Shown here piece by piece: positions 24,197 through 33,805 of a stretch of DNA of 64,000 nucleotides. A program made the translations under genes and the position numbers. Each line of letters opens with the position of its first letter. Positions within the stretch are counted from its first letter, which is position 1. The DNA is from a virus. The notes under the pieces were generated by a model. It made no database searches. It saw nothing but the letters and a program-made list of their open reading frames with translations, and was not told where the DNA came from. The DNA lies in the IMG/VR virus record IMGVR_UViG_3300045996_002966, positions 7,960 to 71,959 of that record. The stretch is one strand, 5' to 3'.

Positions 24197-27019
24197 TTAT
24201 GCATTCCAGGGCGGGAATACCACCTGGCCAGCCGAAGCCCTTCCGAGATACGGTTGGAAGAACACCGGCGTCAGTTGGCGATTTGTGGGAATGCTGGTAT
24301 CACGAAACGACACCAGGGTGAAAATTGCGGTGCGCGCCGCGTCTGGTACTCGGAAGAAACCACCGAAGGGCTGAAGATCCTTAACCGAAAGGGGTTGGAA
24401 AAGCAGCGCGTTGCGGGGTAGCAACGGGCTCGACCAACGGGCCGAGATTCCATTGGGGTGAAACAGCTCAGCGCCGGTCGCGTCGAACCATACTACGTCG
24501 ACCCGCAGGTCGGAATAGAAGCTATGGCCATAGACGTAGGCGACCATGTTATCGCCGGGCGTCACCGATACCTTCGTCGACTCCTCAAAAACAACGGTCG
24601 GTGCTACTAGATCGTTTTCAAACCAGTAGACCACGCCGTTATTGTTCGGATCTCGAGCAGTCGTCGGACCGACGATCTGCCGGTAGGGCATCATCTCGAT
24701 GTTACCAGCATTGAAAGGTCCGTTCCACCCATCGTAGATGAAATCAATCGTGGTCGGGGTGACGAACTGGTTACGATAGTGAAACCGCGCGTTGACGAGG
24801 AGGTTTCCCGTCAGGTACTGGGTCGGGGTATCGTCGGCGACCTTCTTGATCATCGTCCACGGACCCTCGACCAAACGGTTGTTCGCCCGTCCTTCGATCA
24901 CCAGAATGTCGTTCCGCCTGACAGGGAAGCGAAACTCCTCCTGCGTAGGTGGCAGCTTCGGCGAGTAGTTCCACTCCGATTCGGAAATCCGCTTATAGCG
25001 AACGTCGACATGGCCTCCCGCAAGCACCATCGCGTCTTTGATCTCGTCCCACATTACCCTGCATTGCGCGGTGAGCTCTCCGTTCGGGCCGAAGGCAGCC
25101 GCGGCCAGGTTAGTCTGTGCGCGTAGATTGACCAGCTTAGGAACATCGCGCACATTGGGTAAACTGGTATTGGGTGTTATATCAACGTTCGTTTCATTGA
25201 AGTCCCACTCATAGATGAATGGATGATCCTCCTGTGCCTCCATCTCTACGGTGCCGTTCGCCATTAGCTGCCACCGCTTGACGCGGAAAATCTTGTTGGG
25301 GTTGGCCATCCCCAGACTGCGGACCTGGTAGTAGAAGGTGAGCTCAGGCGCGAGCGGGATGGCTCGCGTGTTGAGAATACCAATCAGGCGCAACCCATTG
25401 CGCGCCCGCCAGAGCATCTGCTTTGAAATCCGATGCGCCATGTACGAGTCGCGCGTACCCAGCAAGTCAGCCTCCCGCCAGATGTAGCGTGGAGGCTCCT
25501 GTCCCGCGTTGTCCTGCAACGCGTAGAAACGCGACGGATAGGGGTGGGCATCGTCCATCGGCCACCAAGGCTTCTGGTCGTTCGGGTGCCGCACTCGAAT
25601 CGAGTTGTATAGCTCCGGCCGAGACATCCCCTTGATGACCTCGGGGTAACTCACGAAGTCGGAGTCCTGGAGGAGAATCTCAGGCTGCGGGAAGTGCCCG
25701 ACCCAAATGTCAAGGTAAGGCCCCGAAGGAACCACAGCACCATCGCACGTCGTCAGTATCGCGCCGAGGTTGTCAAGCGGCGTGTTTTCCGTTGACAGGG
25801 CAAGATCGATCCTATAGCGCTCCTGGTGAGGGTTCGCGTCCGAGTAACCGTGCAGCTGGTTGGGTACTCCAGGCGTTAGAGGGATCGGCTCGTCGCAGAT
25901 GTTGATCTGGCTAATGAAGTGGCCCGTATCGTCGATCTCACCTGGATCTGCTTGAAACTCGTTGATCAGATAATCACGTGTGGCGAGAGCAGGGTTAGTC
26001 GAGAAGGTAGTGACGACGTCGCGCGGCGTGAATACCTCCTTACCAAGGATTCGGAAGGAGATGGGCTCGAGCCCCTCGGGGAACACGCTAGGATCAGGGT
26101 GAATGCGGAAGACGACGTAAGGAATACCTCGCAGCCGATCGCTGGCGGTCCACTGCTGCTCAAAGAGACCCGCATTTGCGGTCCCAGCGATGAAGTTCGG
26201 ATCTGCTAGCTGATTCTCATCGCCGAGGTAAGCCCAGGCTTTGATGTAGCTCTTGGTGTACTGATACTTGTAGGTAATCGAGTAAGCTTCGCCCGGTACC
26301 CCGCCGATCAATTCAATCAGAGTCGGGTTGAAAGCGGTACCAATTCCTGGAACACGGCGCACCGTTACGTCGCGCGGCGTATAGCGTCGATCCTGCCAAG
26401 TATCATCGCCGGTCGTCATGACCGGCATAGTGACATTCTCCTGCTGGGCGACGCTAGCGACGATCTGCTCGCCCTCGAGCGGCCCGAGCACGTAGATGGG
26501 CTCTCCTGTGTGTCCAGGCTTAGGCTTCAGATCGATCAGCCCATTGCTAGGAATAACTCCGGTTTGCGAATGCGTCTCACTGAAAGCCCGATTGAACCAA
26601 CCGCTTGCCACATCGCCGTTAGGTGAAAAGGGCCAGAGGTTAGTGTGCTCGCCATACATCACCTGAGAGAAACCGGTAATCTTGTGAGCGACCGGCAACG
26701 CCAGCACCATCCAGAAGTAAGGATCCTCCTTGGATTTAGGCGAGCGCCCGCCCACCAGGACGCCGCTCACGTACGCTTGCCCGTACACGTAACTCTTGGC
26801 GATGTTCCCACCGCGCAGGGTCAGCTTCCGATCGGCGAACTTCCCATTAAGCGCCGAGGCCTCGGCTTTCTTCCGCTCCTCGCGCGCTGCCCAGGCCCCA
26901 TAGACGGTTGAGGTGCCCGCCAACGCGTAACCCGCGACCGCACCCCAGGCTCCACCGGACGCGAACATGGCAGCGCCCCAAAGGACCACCTGGAAGGCCT
27001 GGCGTGCTTTACCGCCCAT
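24197..27019 (-). CDS. Central tail tip / host-specificity protein (gpJ-like)
   Basis: YVYGQ...SG, LRGIPY, STNPAL..RDYL and YNSIR motifs; FN3-like and CBM-like C-terminus. Confidence 0.88.
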   Translation of the reverse strand: MGGKARQAFQVVLWGAAMFASGGAWGAVAGYALAGTSTVYGAWAAREERKKAEASALNGKFADRKLTLRGGNIAKSYVYGQAYVSGVLVGGRSPKSKEDPYFWMVLALPVAHKITGFSQVMYGEHTNLWPFSPNGDVASGWFNRAFSETHSQTGVIPSNGLIDLKPKPGHTGEPIYVLGPLEGEQIVASVAQQENVTMPVMTTGDDTWQDRRYTPRDVTVRRVPGIGTAFNPTLIELIGGVPGEAYSITYKYQYTKSYIKAWAYLGDENQLADPNFIAGTANAGLFEQQWTASDRLRGIPYVVFRIHPDPSVFPEGLEPISFRILGKEVFTPRDVVTTFSTNPALATRDYLINEFQADPGEIDDTGHFISQINICDEPIPLTPGVPNQLHGYSDANPHQERYRIDLALSTENTPLDNLGAILTTCDGAVVPSGPYLDIWVGHFPQPEILLQDSDFVSYPEVIKGMSRPELYNSIRVRHPNDQKPWWPMDDAHPYPSRFYALQDNAGQEPPRYIWREADLLGTRDSYMAHRISKQMLWRARNGLRLIGILNTRAIPLAPELTFYYQVRSLGMANPNKIFRVKRWQLMANGTVEMEAQEDHPFIYEWDFNETNVDITPNTSLPNVRDVPKLVNLRAQTNLAAAAFGPNGELTAQCRVMWDEIKDAMVLAGGHVDVRYKRISESEWNYSPKLPPTQEEFRFPVRRNDILVIEGRANNRLVEGPWTMIKKVADDTPTQYLTGNLLVNARFHYRNQFVTPTTIDFIYDGWNGPFNAGNIEMMPYRQIVGPTTARDPNNNGVVYWFENDLVAPTVVFEESTKVSVTPGDNMVAYVYGHSFYSDLRVDVVWFDATGAELFHPNGISARWSSPLLPRNALLFQPLSVKDLQPFGGFFRVPDAARTAIFTLVSFRDTSIPTNRQLTPVFFQPYLGRASAGQVVFPPWNA

Positions 27020-27020
27020 C

Positions 27021-27440
27021 TCAGTTCACCGCCCAGACGATGATTGCTTCGCGCATGGGTGTCACCAGCAGCTCGGTTTCGCCAGGAGCGTGCGCGCCGC
27101 GCCCGGTGCAAAGGCCCAAGGACGGTAACCCCTCGGCATCGTAGATCAGCACCGGATCGCCGCGCGAGAAGGTGGCTGCGTTCGGCCGCCGCGGGAAGCG
27201 CTTATCCATCGCTACGATCAACCCGCCCTCAGCCTCGAGCAGCTGCATCGCCTCCTCCTTCGTATGCCAGGGGTCGGCGCGGTATTCCGGAATCGGATCG
27301 ACGCCGGTAGTCGCAAGCACACCGTTCATCGTGAAGAGCACGCAGTCCAACACACCCCACTCGTAGGGCTTGAATTGATTCTCCATCACGTAGAGGTTCA
27401 ATCGCTCTACCCAGCTCGAGACCTTACGCCACTCGTTCAT
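27021..27440 (-). CDS. NlpC/P60-like tail assembly protein
   Basis: YEWGVLDCVLF and RGD motifs; position directly before gpJ. Confidence 0.85.
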   Translation of the reverse strand: MNEWRKVSSWVERLNLYVMENQFKPYEWGVLDCVLFTMNGVLATTGVDPIPEYRADPWHTKEEAMQLLEAEGGLIVAMDKRFPRRPNAATFSRGDPVLIYDAEGLPSLGLCTGRGAHAPGETELLVTPMREAIIVWAVN

Positions 27441-27446
27441 GTGATT

Positions 27447-28151
27447 TTACTTCTGCTGTAGAAAGGCTGGCATGAACACCAGCTCGGCATTGGCGAAGTA
27501 AGCAGCCCGGCGCAATCCGGTGTCGCCAGGATATTTGCGGTCCTGCTCCTCGTGTGAAAGTCGTTGCGGGTTCGGGAACAGGCCGCGAGAGAGCGTGCTC
27601 TCGAGACTGGCCCTGATCACCCCATAGCCCGTCGCGTCGTAGTTCTCCCGCGTCTGTTGGGTAATGACAATCAGCGTCGCCTGGTTAGAGGTGTAGACCA
27701 CGCTGTTAATCGTTACCGTGGCGGAAATCGTAGTCGAGCCAACGCCGACCGCAAGAACTTCCATCACCGCGACGCCTTGGCTATCGGTAAGGATACTCGA
27801 GGGCAGTGGGGCGACCTGCTGGTCGGTACTGGTAAGGACGATGGTGAATTGTCCGGTTGCGCGCAAGTCGTTTAAACGTACTTCCACATGTAGGGTAGAT
27901 GCCTGCCCTGGTTCGCGCTGCAGCGGCCCGAGCGTAAGGACTACTTCATAGTCAGGAATCGGCGGGCCTGGTGGTTCGCCGATGCTCTGCGTAACACCAT
28001 CAAGGTTATAGCCGCCGCTCGGTGAAAGCGATCGGAAAAGGTTGATGACTGGGGCGGACGTGGGCGCAGGTGCGGGCGCAGGCACAGGTCCAGGCGGCGG
28101 TGTGCTCGCCGGGATTCCGACAACCTCAAAACTAAAGGTATGAATAGCCAT
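27447..28151 (-). CDS. Ig-like domain fused to the C-terminal third of the tail-hub protein
   Basis: Ig-like domain, then IRASLES...PQRLSHEEQDRKYPGDTGL. Confidence 0.7.
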   Translation of the reverse strand: MAIHTFSFEVVGIPASTPPPGPVPAPAPAPTSAPVINLFRSLSPSGGYNLDGVTQSIGEPPGPPIPDYEVVLTLGPLQREPGQASTLHVEVRLNDLRATGQFTIVLTSTDQQVAPLPSSILTDSQGVAVMEVLAVGVGSTTISATVTINSVVYTSNQATLIVITQQTRENYDATGYGVIRASLESTLSRGLFPNPQRLSHEEQDRKYPGDTGLRRAAYFANAELVFMPAFLQQK

Positions 28152-30041
28152 CTAGATGACCGTCACCTGGAAGATACCCGGACCCGCGACCGAGATACCG
28201 TTGTAGTTCGGATTGCGCAACGCCGCCTCGACCGGCTGGCCAAGGGAGAGCGAAACCCCCGACGGCGGGGTAACGACCATGCGCGAAAGATTACCCGCCG
28301 CAGGTGTTTGCTCGAAGCGCTGGCCTTCAACTTCGAACAACTTCGTGGTAGGGAACTTTTCCGAAATGTGCTTGGCGTAGACAGCGATCTCAAATCCAGC
28401 GACACCGTACCACCCCTGCTCCGCTAGAATCTCAATCTTACGCGCGGTAACGGTGCCGCCCACCGTAAGCACCGATACGTTTGAGGTAACGAGGTCTGTT
28501 TGCGTCACCAAATCTTTATAAGTAGACGCTGTGATATTTGTCGTGCCATTCGCCAAAGCTCTCAGCTGGAGAGTGGCCGTCCCTATATCATTGACGCCAG
28601 TGGGAGGTGCCTGGTTAAACTCTGCCTTGGTAGCATCGGAAATAAACCAATTCAATCCTTCGTGGTTATCCCACGGAGCGTTGGCGATATCCAGGAATTG
28701 CACAAAAGCGTTGGCCAGTCCGCCGACTGGAATTGAAACGGGCGAGATGCTCATCAAAATACTCTGCAGGCTCCTCGAGACCATCGTACCCTCGGTGATC
28801 TTCGGGAAGGTGGGAACCGTACCTGACTCGAGTTGGAAGCCGGTAACGTCAAGGCTGCGGCCTAGAGCCACTTGCTGAACACCGCCGGTTACCAGTGGAT
28901 AGAATTCAATGATGCGATTTCCAGCCGGCAGCGTAACGGCAATCCAAACCAACCACCAACCGTTAGCGAGGGCCTTGAACCCTACCGCGCCGTCGCTGGC
29001 GGTACCAAAGTTGTTATTGACTACGAAAGCGCCCGTCACCAAGTTAAAGTGCGCCTGATGGCCTGCAGAGAACGCGTCGTTCATATGGCGCAGGCAGACG
29101 AAGTCGGTATCGACCTTTTTGAATACGCCGTAGGCGAGCTGCTTACCCGCCGGGACGCTAATGACATTTTGGTAAATTCCGCCGTTGGCATTAGCCATCC
29201 GCACGCGCTGCGGGCCACCCCACTGGGTAGCAATGTCGACGGCAGCGCCGCTGATTAACTCGTTGCTTTGCTTGTTCCAAACGCCATTGACCAACCCCGT
29301 GCCAGCGGAGTGAAGAATCCGATTAACCCGAACGCCGGTGCTACCCGTCGCAGCGATCTCGGAAGGCATCTCAGCATCGCCTGAGATAACCATGCCGTTG
29401 AAAGTATTGAAGACCGGCATGTCGGCCGAGTAGGCAAGCGCACCCGAGGCTACGAAGTCCGGGCCGAACTCGCCGATGACCGCAGCCGCAACCGAGCCTC
29501 CGTCGCCCGAGTGAGCCGAAAGGAGGCTATTGGATCGGACGACCGTTTCGCTAGCCCACTCGGCGAGAATCTCCGTGTCGGTCAGCGAGGCAGCGTAACG
29601 GCGAATGTGCGCGAACAGACCGATGAAGAGTCCCGTGTTCCCACCGCTGTCACCCCACCATTCCAGCTCGGAGGTATAGGTGGTTTGGGCAACGGTAATG
29701 GTAACGACCGTAGTTCCGCTTTTCCACTTCAGCGAAATATTCGAGCCTGCTCCCACAACCGCCATCGGAAACCAAGTGTTAAGCGGAACAGCGGTCGTAC
29801 CCTTCGCTTGGGTCGTAGCCCAGTTAGCTTGCACAACCGGGAGGTGAGGAGTTGAATTCGCCGGATCGTTGATGATAACGTCGTGAGCGTTCCCCACCGC
29901 CCTGCTCAGGTTGAAAAGAAACTTCAGCCCCGTCAGGTCAGCCAATCTTTTCACGTAGAAAATATGGGAGAAAGCCCCGGTCGTCAACCCCTGGGGCATT
30001 CTCATTCTGGAGCTGGCAGCTCCTGTCATGTGAAAAGACAT
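28152..30041 (-). CDS. Multidomain virion protein (LamG/ConA-like, CBM-like, Ig-like)
   Basis: HIRRYAASLTDTEI LamG-type end; NGWWLV...GFQLESG..PT domain; Ig-like stretch. Confidence 0.7.
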   Translation of the reverse strand: MSFHMTGAASSRMRMPQGLTTGAFSHIFYVKRLADLTGLKFLFNLSRAVGNAHDVIINDPANSTPHLPVVQANWATTQAKGTTAVPLNTWFPMAVVGAGSNISLKWKSGTTVVTITVAQTTYTSELEWWGDSGGNTGLFIGLFAHIRRYAASLTDTEILAEWASETVVRSNSLLSAHSGDGGSVAAAVIGEFGPDFVASGALAYSADMPVFNTFNGMVISGDAEMPSEIAATGSTGVRVNRILHSAGTGLVNGVWNKQSNELISGAAVDIATQWGGPQRVRMANANGGIYQNVISVPAGKQLAYGVFKKVDTDFVCLRHMNDAFSAGHQAHFNLVTGAFVVNNNFGTASDGAVGFKALANGWWLVWIAVTLPAGNRIIEFYPLVTGGVQQVALGRSLDVTGFQLESGTVPTFPKITEGTMVSRSLQSILMSISPVSIPVGGLANAFVQFLDIANAPWDNHEGLNWFISDATKAEFNQAPPTGVNDIGTATLQLRALANGTTNITASTYKDLVTQTDLVTSNVSVLTVGGTVTARKIEILAEQGWYGVAGFEIAVYAKHISEKFPTTKLFEVEGQRFEQTPAAGNLSRMVVTPPSGVSLSLGQPVEAALRNPNYNGISVAGPGIFQVTVI

Positions 30042-30050
30042 GATTAGGTC

Positions 30051-31427
30051 TCAGCTGAAGATATCGGGGTAAGAGGCGTTGAGGTTATTCCACGTGCAGG
30101 TATGCATCACGTGGAATTGATAGTTAGGCCACTTCGCCCGAACATACCGGTGGCGTGAAGTTCCGATACCGTACAGGTAAGCTCCACCCGTACTCGAGCC
30201 GACGGAGGACGGCGCGTAGTAGTCGCCGCCGTTCGCCACGAGGAAGCGCGAGGCGTCACGGTCGTCGGTCGCCGATGGGTTGTGCAAAATCAGCGAGGTT
30301 CGGCAGGAGAAAAGAATCTCCTGCAGGTTGTTCGGATCCCAGCCGCGCAGGCCTCCGAAGGGGTGCGGAACCCAGTAGCTGCCGGTGCTGTCCACGCCGA
30401 GCACAGGCGCCGGGCGATAAGAGCTGTAGCCGTTGTAGGCAGACTCTACCCGGTGGTCGAACATGCTCGGGTTGTTGCTTCCGGTAAAGCTAGGCCTCCA
30501 GGCTTCACCGCCGCTGGGGTTGATGTGAAACATACGAGACCAAACGCCGCCCTTCTTCAACCAGCACTGAGTATCCCAGAATAGCACTCGGCTGTTGCCT
30601 ACGTAGCCAGGGGCGTGCTTGGATGCGGTAGTCTGGTAATCATCCGAGAGGAAAACGTCTGCCCACCACATAATTCGATCCCAGAGCGGAATCGCGCGCG
30701 CGTCGGTCAGCTGCTGGCCCGTAACCCAGGTGAGGTCGGTTTGGTAATCCGGGTTGCGATCGTCGAAAGCTGCCGGGTTCGGGTACCTGCCCATGGACAG
30801 CTGAGCGCGGGTGTATTGGCTCGAGGGGCTGCGCTCCTCGCGGCGAAAGGTTCGCGCCTCGTTCAGAGCGTAGCTGTTGGAGTAGCTGAAGGAGCCGGTC
30901 GCCGGATCCTTGCGCATATCTGTCAGCGCGATTCGAAGCCAATCGTCGCCGCTCTCGCCGCCGCCACCTCCGCCTCCAATTGGCACGTCCAGACCCGCAG
31001 GAGGTTTAAGGAGCACGTTGAGAAGCCTCACGAAGTCGGTACCGTTGAGATTCTTACTCGCGGTAAGGAACAGAGCCGGGTCACCGCCAAACTTCAACGG
31101 TACGCTAATCTCAGTTGAAGAATTAGTGGCATGGCGTAAAACCATCGTCGTCGTGTCACCGCTCAGCGTCGCCACGCTGTTAAGACTCGGCGGTTCGGTA
31201 AGCGCGCCAGACATCGAGATGCCGGCGGCAGCAACTGGAATTGCGGTAGGGACTACTGTGCGGTAAACGATCGACGTGCCCACCCGAATCTCAAAGATCG
31301 GATTGGCGCCTAGAGCCGACAATACACCTTGAACGTAGTGCGCTTTTTGCTGCCCGATGGAGACCGCGAGCGCATTCGCGTAGATGACACCAGCGTTAAT
31401 ACCTTTGAAAGTAACTTTCGCAGCCAT
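30051..31427 (-). CDS. Virion accessory protein, paralog of 31434..32777
   Basis: Shared GQQKA.Y...LG.NPIFEI.VGT and H(N/D)PS.TDDR motifs. Confidence 0.75.
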   Translation of the reverse strand: MAAKVTFKGINAGVIYANALAVSIGQQKAHYVQGVLSALGANPIFEIRVGTSIVYRTVVPTAIPVAAAGISMSGALTEPPSLNSVATLSGDTTTMVLRHATNSSTEISVPLKFGGDPALFLTASKNLNGTDFVRLLNVLLKPPAGLDVPIGGGGGGGESGDDWLRIALTDMRKDPATGSFSYSNSYALNEARTFRREERSPSSQYTRAQLSMGRYPNPAAFDDRNPDYQTDLTWVTGQQLTDARAIPLWDRIMWWADVFLSDDYQTTASKHAPGYVGNSRVLFWDTQCWLKKGGVWSRMFHINPSGGEAWRPSFTGSNNPSMFDHRVESAYNGYSSYRPAPVLGVDSTGSYWVPHPFGGLRGWDPNNLQEILFSCRTSLILHNPSATDDRDASRFLVANGGDYYAPSSVGSSTGGAYLYGIGTSRHRYVRAKWPNYQFHVMHTCTWNNLNASYPDIFS

Positions 31428-31433
31428 GATTTT

Positions 31434-32777
31434 TTAGGACCACCCAGGTGGAGGATTGGTGTTAAGGGTAGTGATTGGAATGCTACTCCAGGAAAACGTG
31501 CGCCAGGCGCCATTACTCGGAATTAACTTCACGCGGCCGACTCCGGCCCCATCAACTACATATACGTCATTCGCATACCAGTTAGACGCCGACCAGATCA
31601 TCAGATTAGCGTTCGCCCGGTCATCTGTCCCCGACGGATCGTGCACAATTAACCGAGCCTCGAGAACCTCGAGCACCGCGCGTACGTTATCTACCCACCA
31701 CTGGCGCGTATTAACATATTCTATCGGATGCGAGTGAAGCATGAAATCTTCGTAGCGAATCCGATTTGAATTACTGGTCGAATCAAAGGCTAAGCCCCAG
31801 TTACCCGAGCCAATCGAGCCTAAGCTCTGACCTCCGCCGTTACCTACCGGTTCAATACGAGCTTGGTAGACTGCTACCCCCTGCTCAGTTGGGATAGAAA
31901 GACCGCCACCAACAAACGTCGACTGCCAAACAGCGGTGAGAATGCCGTCGTCCCGGCTGGCTAGCGTTTGATATAGTCCATTGCGTAAATAGGCAATGAG
32001 CTTATGCCCGCGAATTTGCACACGAGAGTTAATGCTACGTGTCAACGAACCAGATCCTCGACCAACCACGATTGAGCCCATGAGTTTAATGGCCGTGGTA
32101 TTGGTAAGGGTAACCGTTCCCGTCGGTACGCGCAACGTTGCATCGCTGAGATACGCATTGGGATAACCTGAGTCACCGTCAGTTCGGTTAATCGCTACCG
32201 TGATTTGAGCATAGGTGTTGGTCGTACCGGTATGAGTATTAGGCGCCTGCGCAATCCCCCACCCATTCTCATTGGGCAGGGTCATATCGTTGATCAATTC
32301 TTGCTTCGAATATGTCGTCGTACCAGCTGAGCCACCGCTAACATCAAGAGTCGGCGGTGGAGTCAGGCGGAAGGAGGACGTGCGCACAAGTCTCGTTCCG
32401 TCGAGTGCCAGGCTAGCAGTTACGAATCCGGTACCACCACCAAGCTTTATCGGCACGCTCGCATAGACCGAGCTGTTGCTCGCGTTGCGAATTATTACCA
32501 CGCAATTGCTACCGGTAAGCGCATCAGCAAGGTTCACCGACGGCGGCTCTACGAATTGAACTGGAATCACCACCCCTGCAGAGCTATTCGCCAGGGTGCC
32601 CATAACGGTCGACCGATACTTCACCGTGGTACCTACCGCGATCTCAAAGATCGGGTTGGTACCAAGCAGCGCCGCTACGTCGGTGCAATACTTAGCCTTC
32701 TGCTGGCCAACCGGCAGAGCACCGGCGGCAGATATCAGCCCAGGGACGTTGAACCCGACGAGGGTAGCAGTCGTCAC
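31434..32777 (-). CDS. Virion accessory protein, paralog of 30051..31427
   Basis: Same shared motifs; ATGA overlap with the hub N-terminal gene. Confidence 0.75.
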   Translation of the reverse strand: MTTATLVGFNVPGLISAAGALPVGQQKAKYCTDVAALLGTNPIFEIAVGTTVKYRSTVMGTLANSSAGVVIPVQFVEPPSVNLADALTGSNCVVIIRNASNSSVYASVPIKLGGGTGFVTASLALDGTRLVRTSSFRLTPPPTLDVSGGSAGTTTYSKQELINDMTLPNENGWGIAQAPNTHTGTTNTYAQITVAINRTDGDSGYPNAYLSDATLRVPTGTVTLTNTTAIKLMGSIVVGRGSGSLTRSINSRVQIRGHKLIAYLRNGLYQTLASRDDGILTAVWQSTFVGGGLSIPTEQGVAVYQARIEPVGNGGGQSLGSIGSGNWGLAFDSTSNSNRIRYEDFMLHSHPIEYVNTRQWWVDNVRAVLEVLEARLIVHDPSGTDDRANANLMIWSASNWYANDVYVVDGAGVGRVKLIPSNGAWRTFSWSSIPITTLNTNPPPGWS

Positions 32778-33193
32778 GAAGCAGCCTCCTCGGCGAAGGG
32801 CTGCGAGATTCTTATCTCACTGATCGTTCCGCGGTGCACCACGAAAGGTGCATCTACCGGCTGATTCGTATCTGGATCGCGCAGAAGGGCCCAGGTATGA
32901 ACCACGGCGCCCTCGAGGTCGGTATTCAGGGCCAGGCTAATCAGGGCCGGGTCGAGACCACTCAGCACCAGCTCGCCGTTCTTGGCCTCGAGGCTCGCGC
33001 TCTCCTCGGGGAACTCCATGTCGAGAAGGTCTCCCGCGCCCAACCAATCGACGCCCGCCCAGTGCTGCGTATGGACGCCTGAGCAGAGGTAGATATTGCC
33101 CACCGGCAGCGGAAGGGTGATCCTCACCAGCCAGGTAAGGTTCACCCGGTCAGCGTTAATCGCGTTGCGGTTGGCGGTCGTCAAGAGTCTCAT
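32774..33193 (-). CDS. Tail-hub (gpL/DUF2163-like) protein, N-terminal part only
   Basis: W.GVDWLGAGDL, LVLSGLD and HRG.I motifs; follows the distal tail gene; lacks the YPGD C-terminus. Confidence 0.75.
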   Translation of the reverse strand: MRLLTTANRNAINADRVNLTWLVRITLPLPVGNIYLCSGVHTQHWAGVDWLGAGDLLDMEFPEESASLEAKNGELVLSGLDPALISLALNTDLEGAVVHTWALLRDPDTNQPVDAPFVVHRGTISEIRISQPFAEEAAS

Positions 33194-33801
33194 CGCATCG
33201 GAACCTCAATCAGCCCGACCGTGAAACCTTCGCCCATGTTCCCGCGCGTGTGGAAGGTCGGCCGCTCGACGATCATGCAGTCGAGGTAAGGTTTGCTCCA
33301 GGTGACGATCGCGCCGCCGTTCGCTGCCCGACGTAGAGGCGGGGTAATCTCCGCGGTGATCACCGAGCCTACGGTGAACGCGTTATGAATTAAGACCAAC
33401 TGCTGATAGTTGTTATTCAGCGTTACCCCCACGAAATCACCAGTCAGCAGCGTTGACCCGGTAGTCGTCTGAACCCCGATGGCGTTGGCGCCTTCGCCGT
33501 GCAACGCAGTCAAGGTAGGCGAACCGCGCAACGTGCCCGTAGGCACTGAGTGATCGGCAACCCAGACTCGAACTCGGTGTGCCTTTGTTCGAAGGGTCAA
33601 CCAGAAAGCTCGCACCGAGCGATATTCGCTTAGAGGCATGCCGCGGTACTCAAACCCTACCACCCAGCAGTCACCAGGAAACTCCACGGTTTGAGTCGCG
33701 AAGTTCAACTTTGAGCGGTTTACCATTACGTTTTCGAGAAGGTCGATCTCGAAATTAGTAAAGTACCGCGAATGCCAACTAGGAAGTGCATACACCGTCA
33801 T
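33190..33801 (-). CDS. Distal tail protein
   Basis: Directly after the tape measure gene; SKLNF..QTV..PG..W and ITPPLR motifs. Confidence 0.75.
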   Translation of the reverse strand: MTVYALPSWHSRYFTNFEIDLLENVMVNRSKLNFATQTVEFPGDCWVVGFEYRGMPLSEYRSVRAFWLTLRTKAHRVRVWVADHSVPTGTLRGSPTLTALHGEGANAIGVQTTTGSTLLTGDFVGVTLNNNYQQLVLIHNAFTVGSVITAEITPPLRRAANGGAIVTWSKPYLDCMIVERPTFHTRGNMGEGFTVGLIEVPMR

Positions 33802-33805
33802 AGCT

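Noticed and set aside
27630-32773. Self-splicing intron or intein explaining the split hub gene
   Set aside because: The insert is fully occupied by structural-type ORFs; no homing endonuclease, reverse transcriptase, intein ends or intron core are recognisable.
15474-32777. Stop-codon reassignment as the explanation for the in-frame gene runs
   Set aside because: The junctions use TAA, TGA and TAG alike, each followed by an ATG, and all three stops end conserved core genes normally.
15831-32777. Diversity-generating retroelement acting on the fibre genes
   Set aside because: No reverse transcriptase, and no near-identical template/variable repeat pair was noticed.
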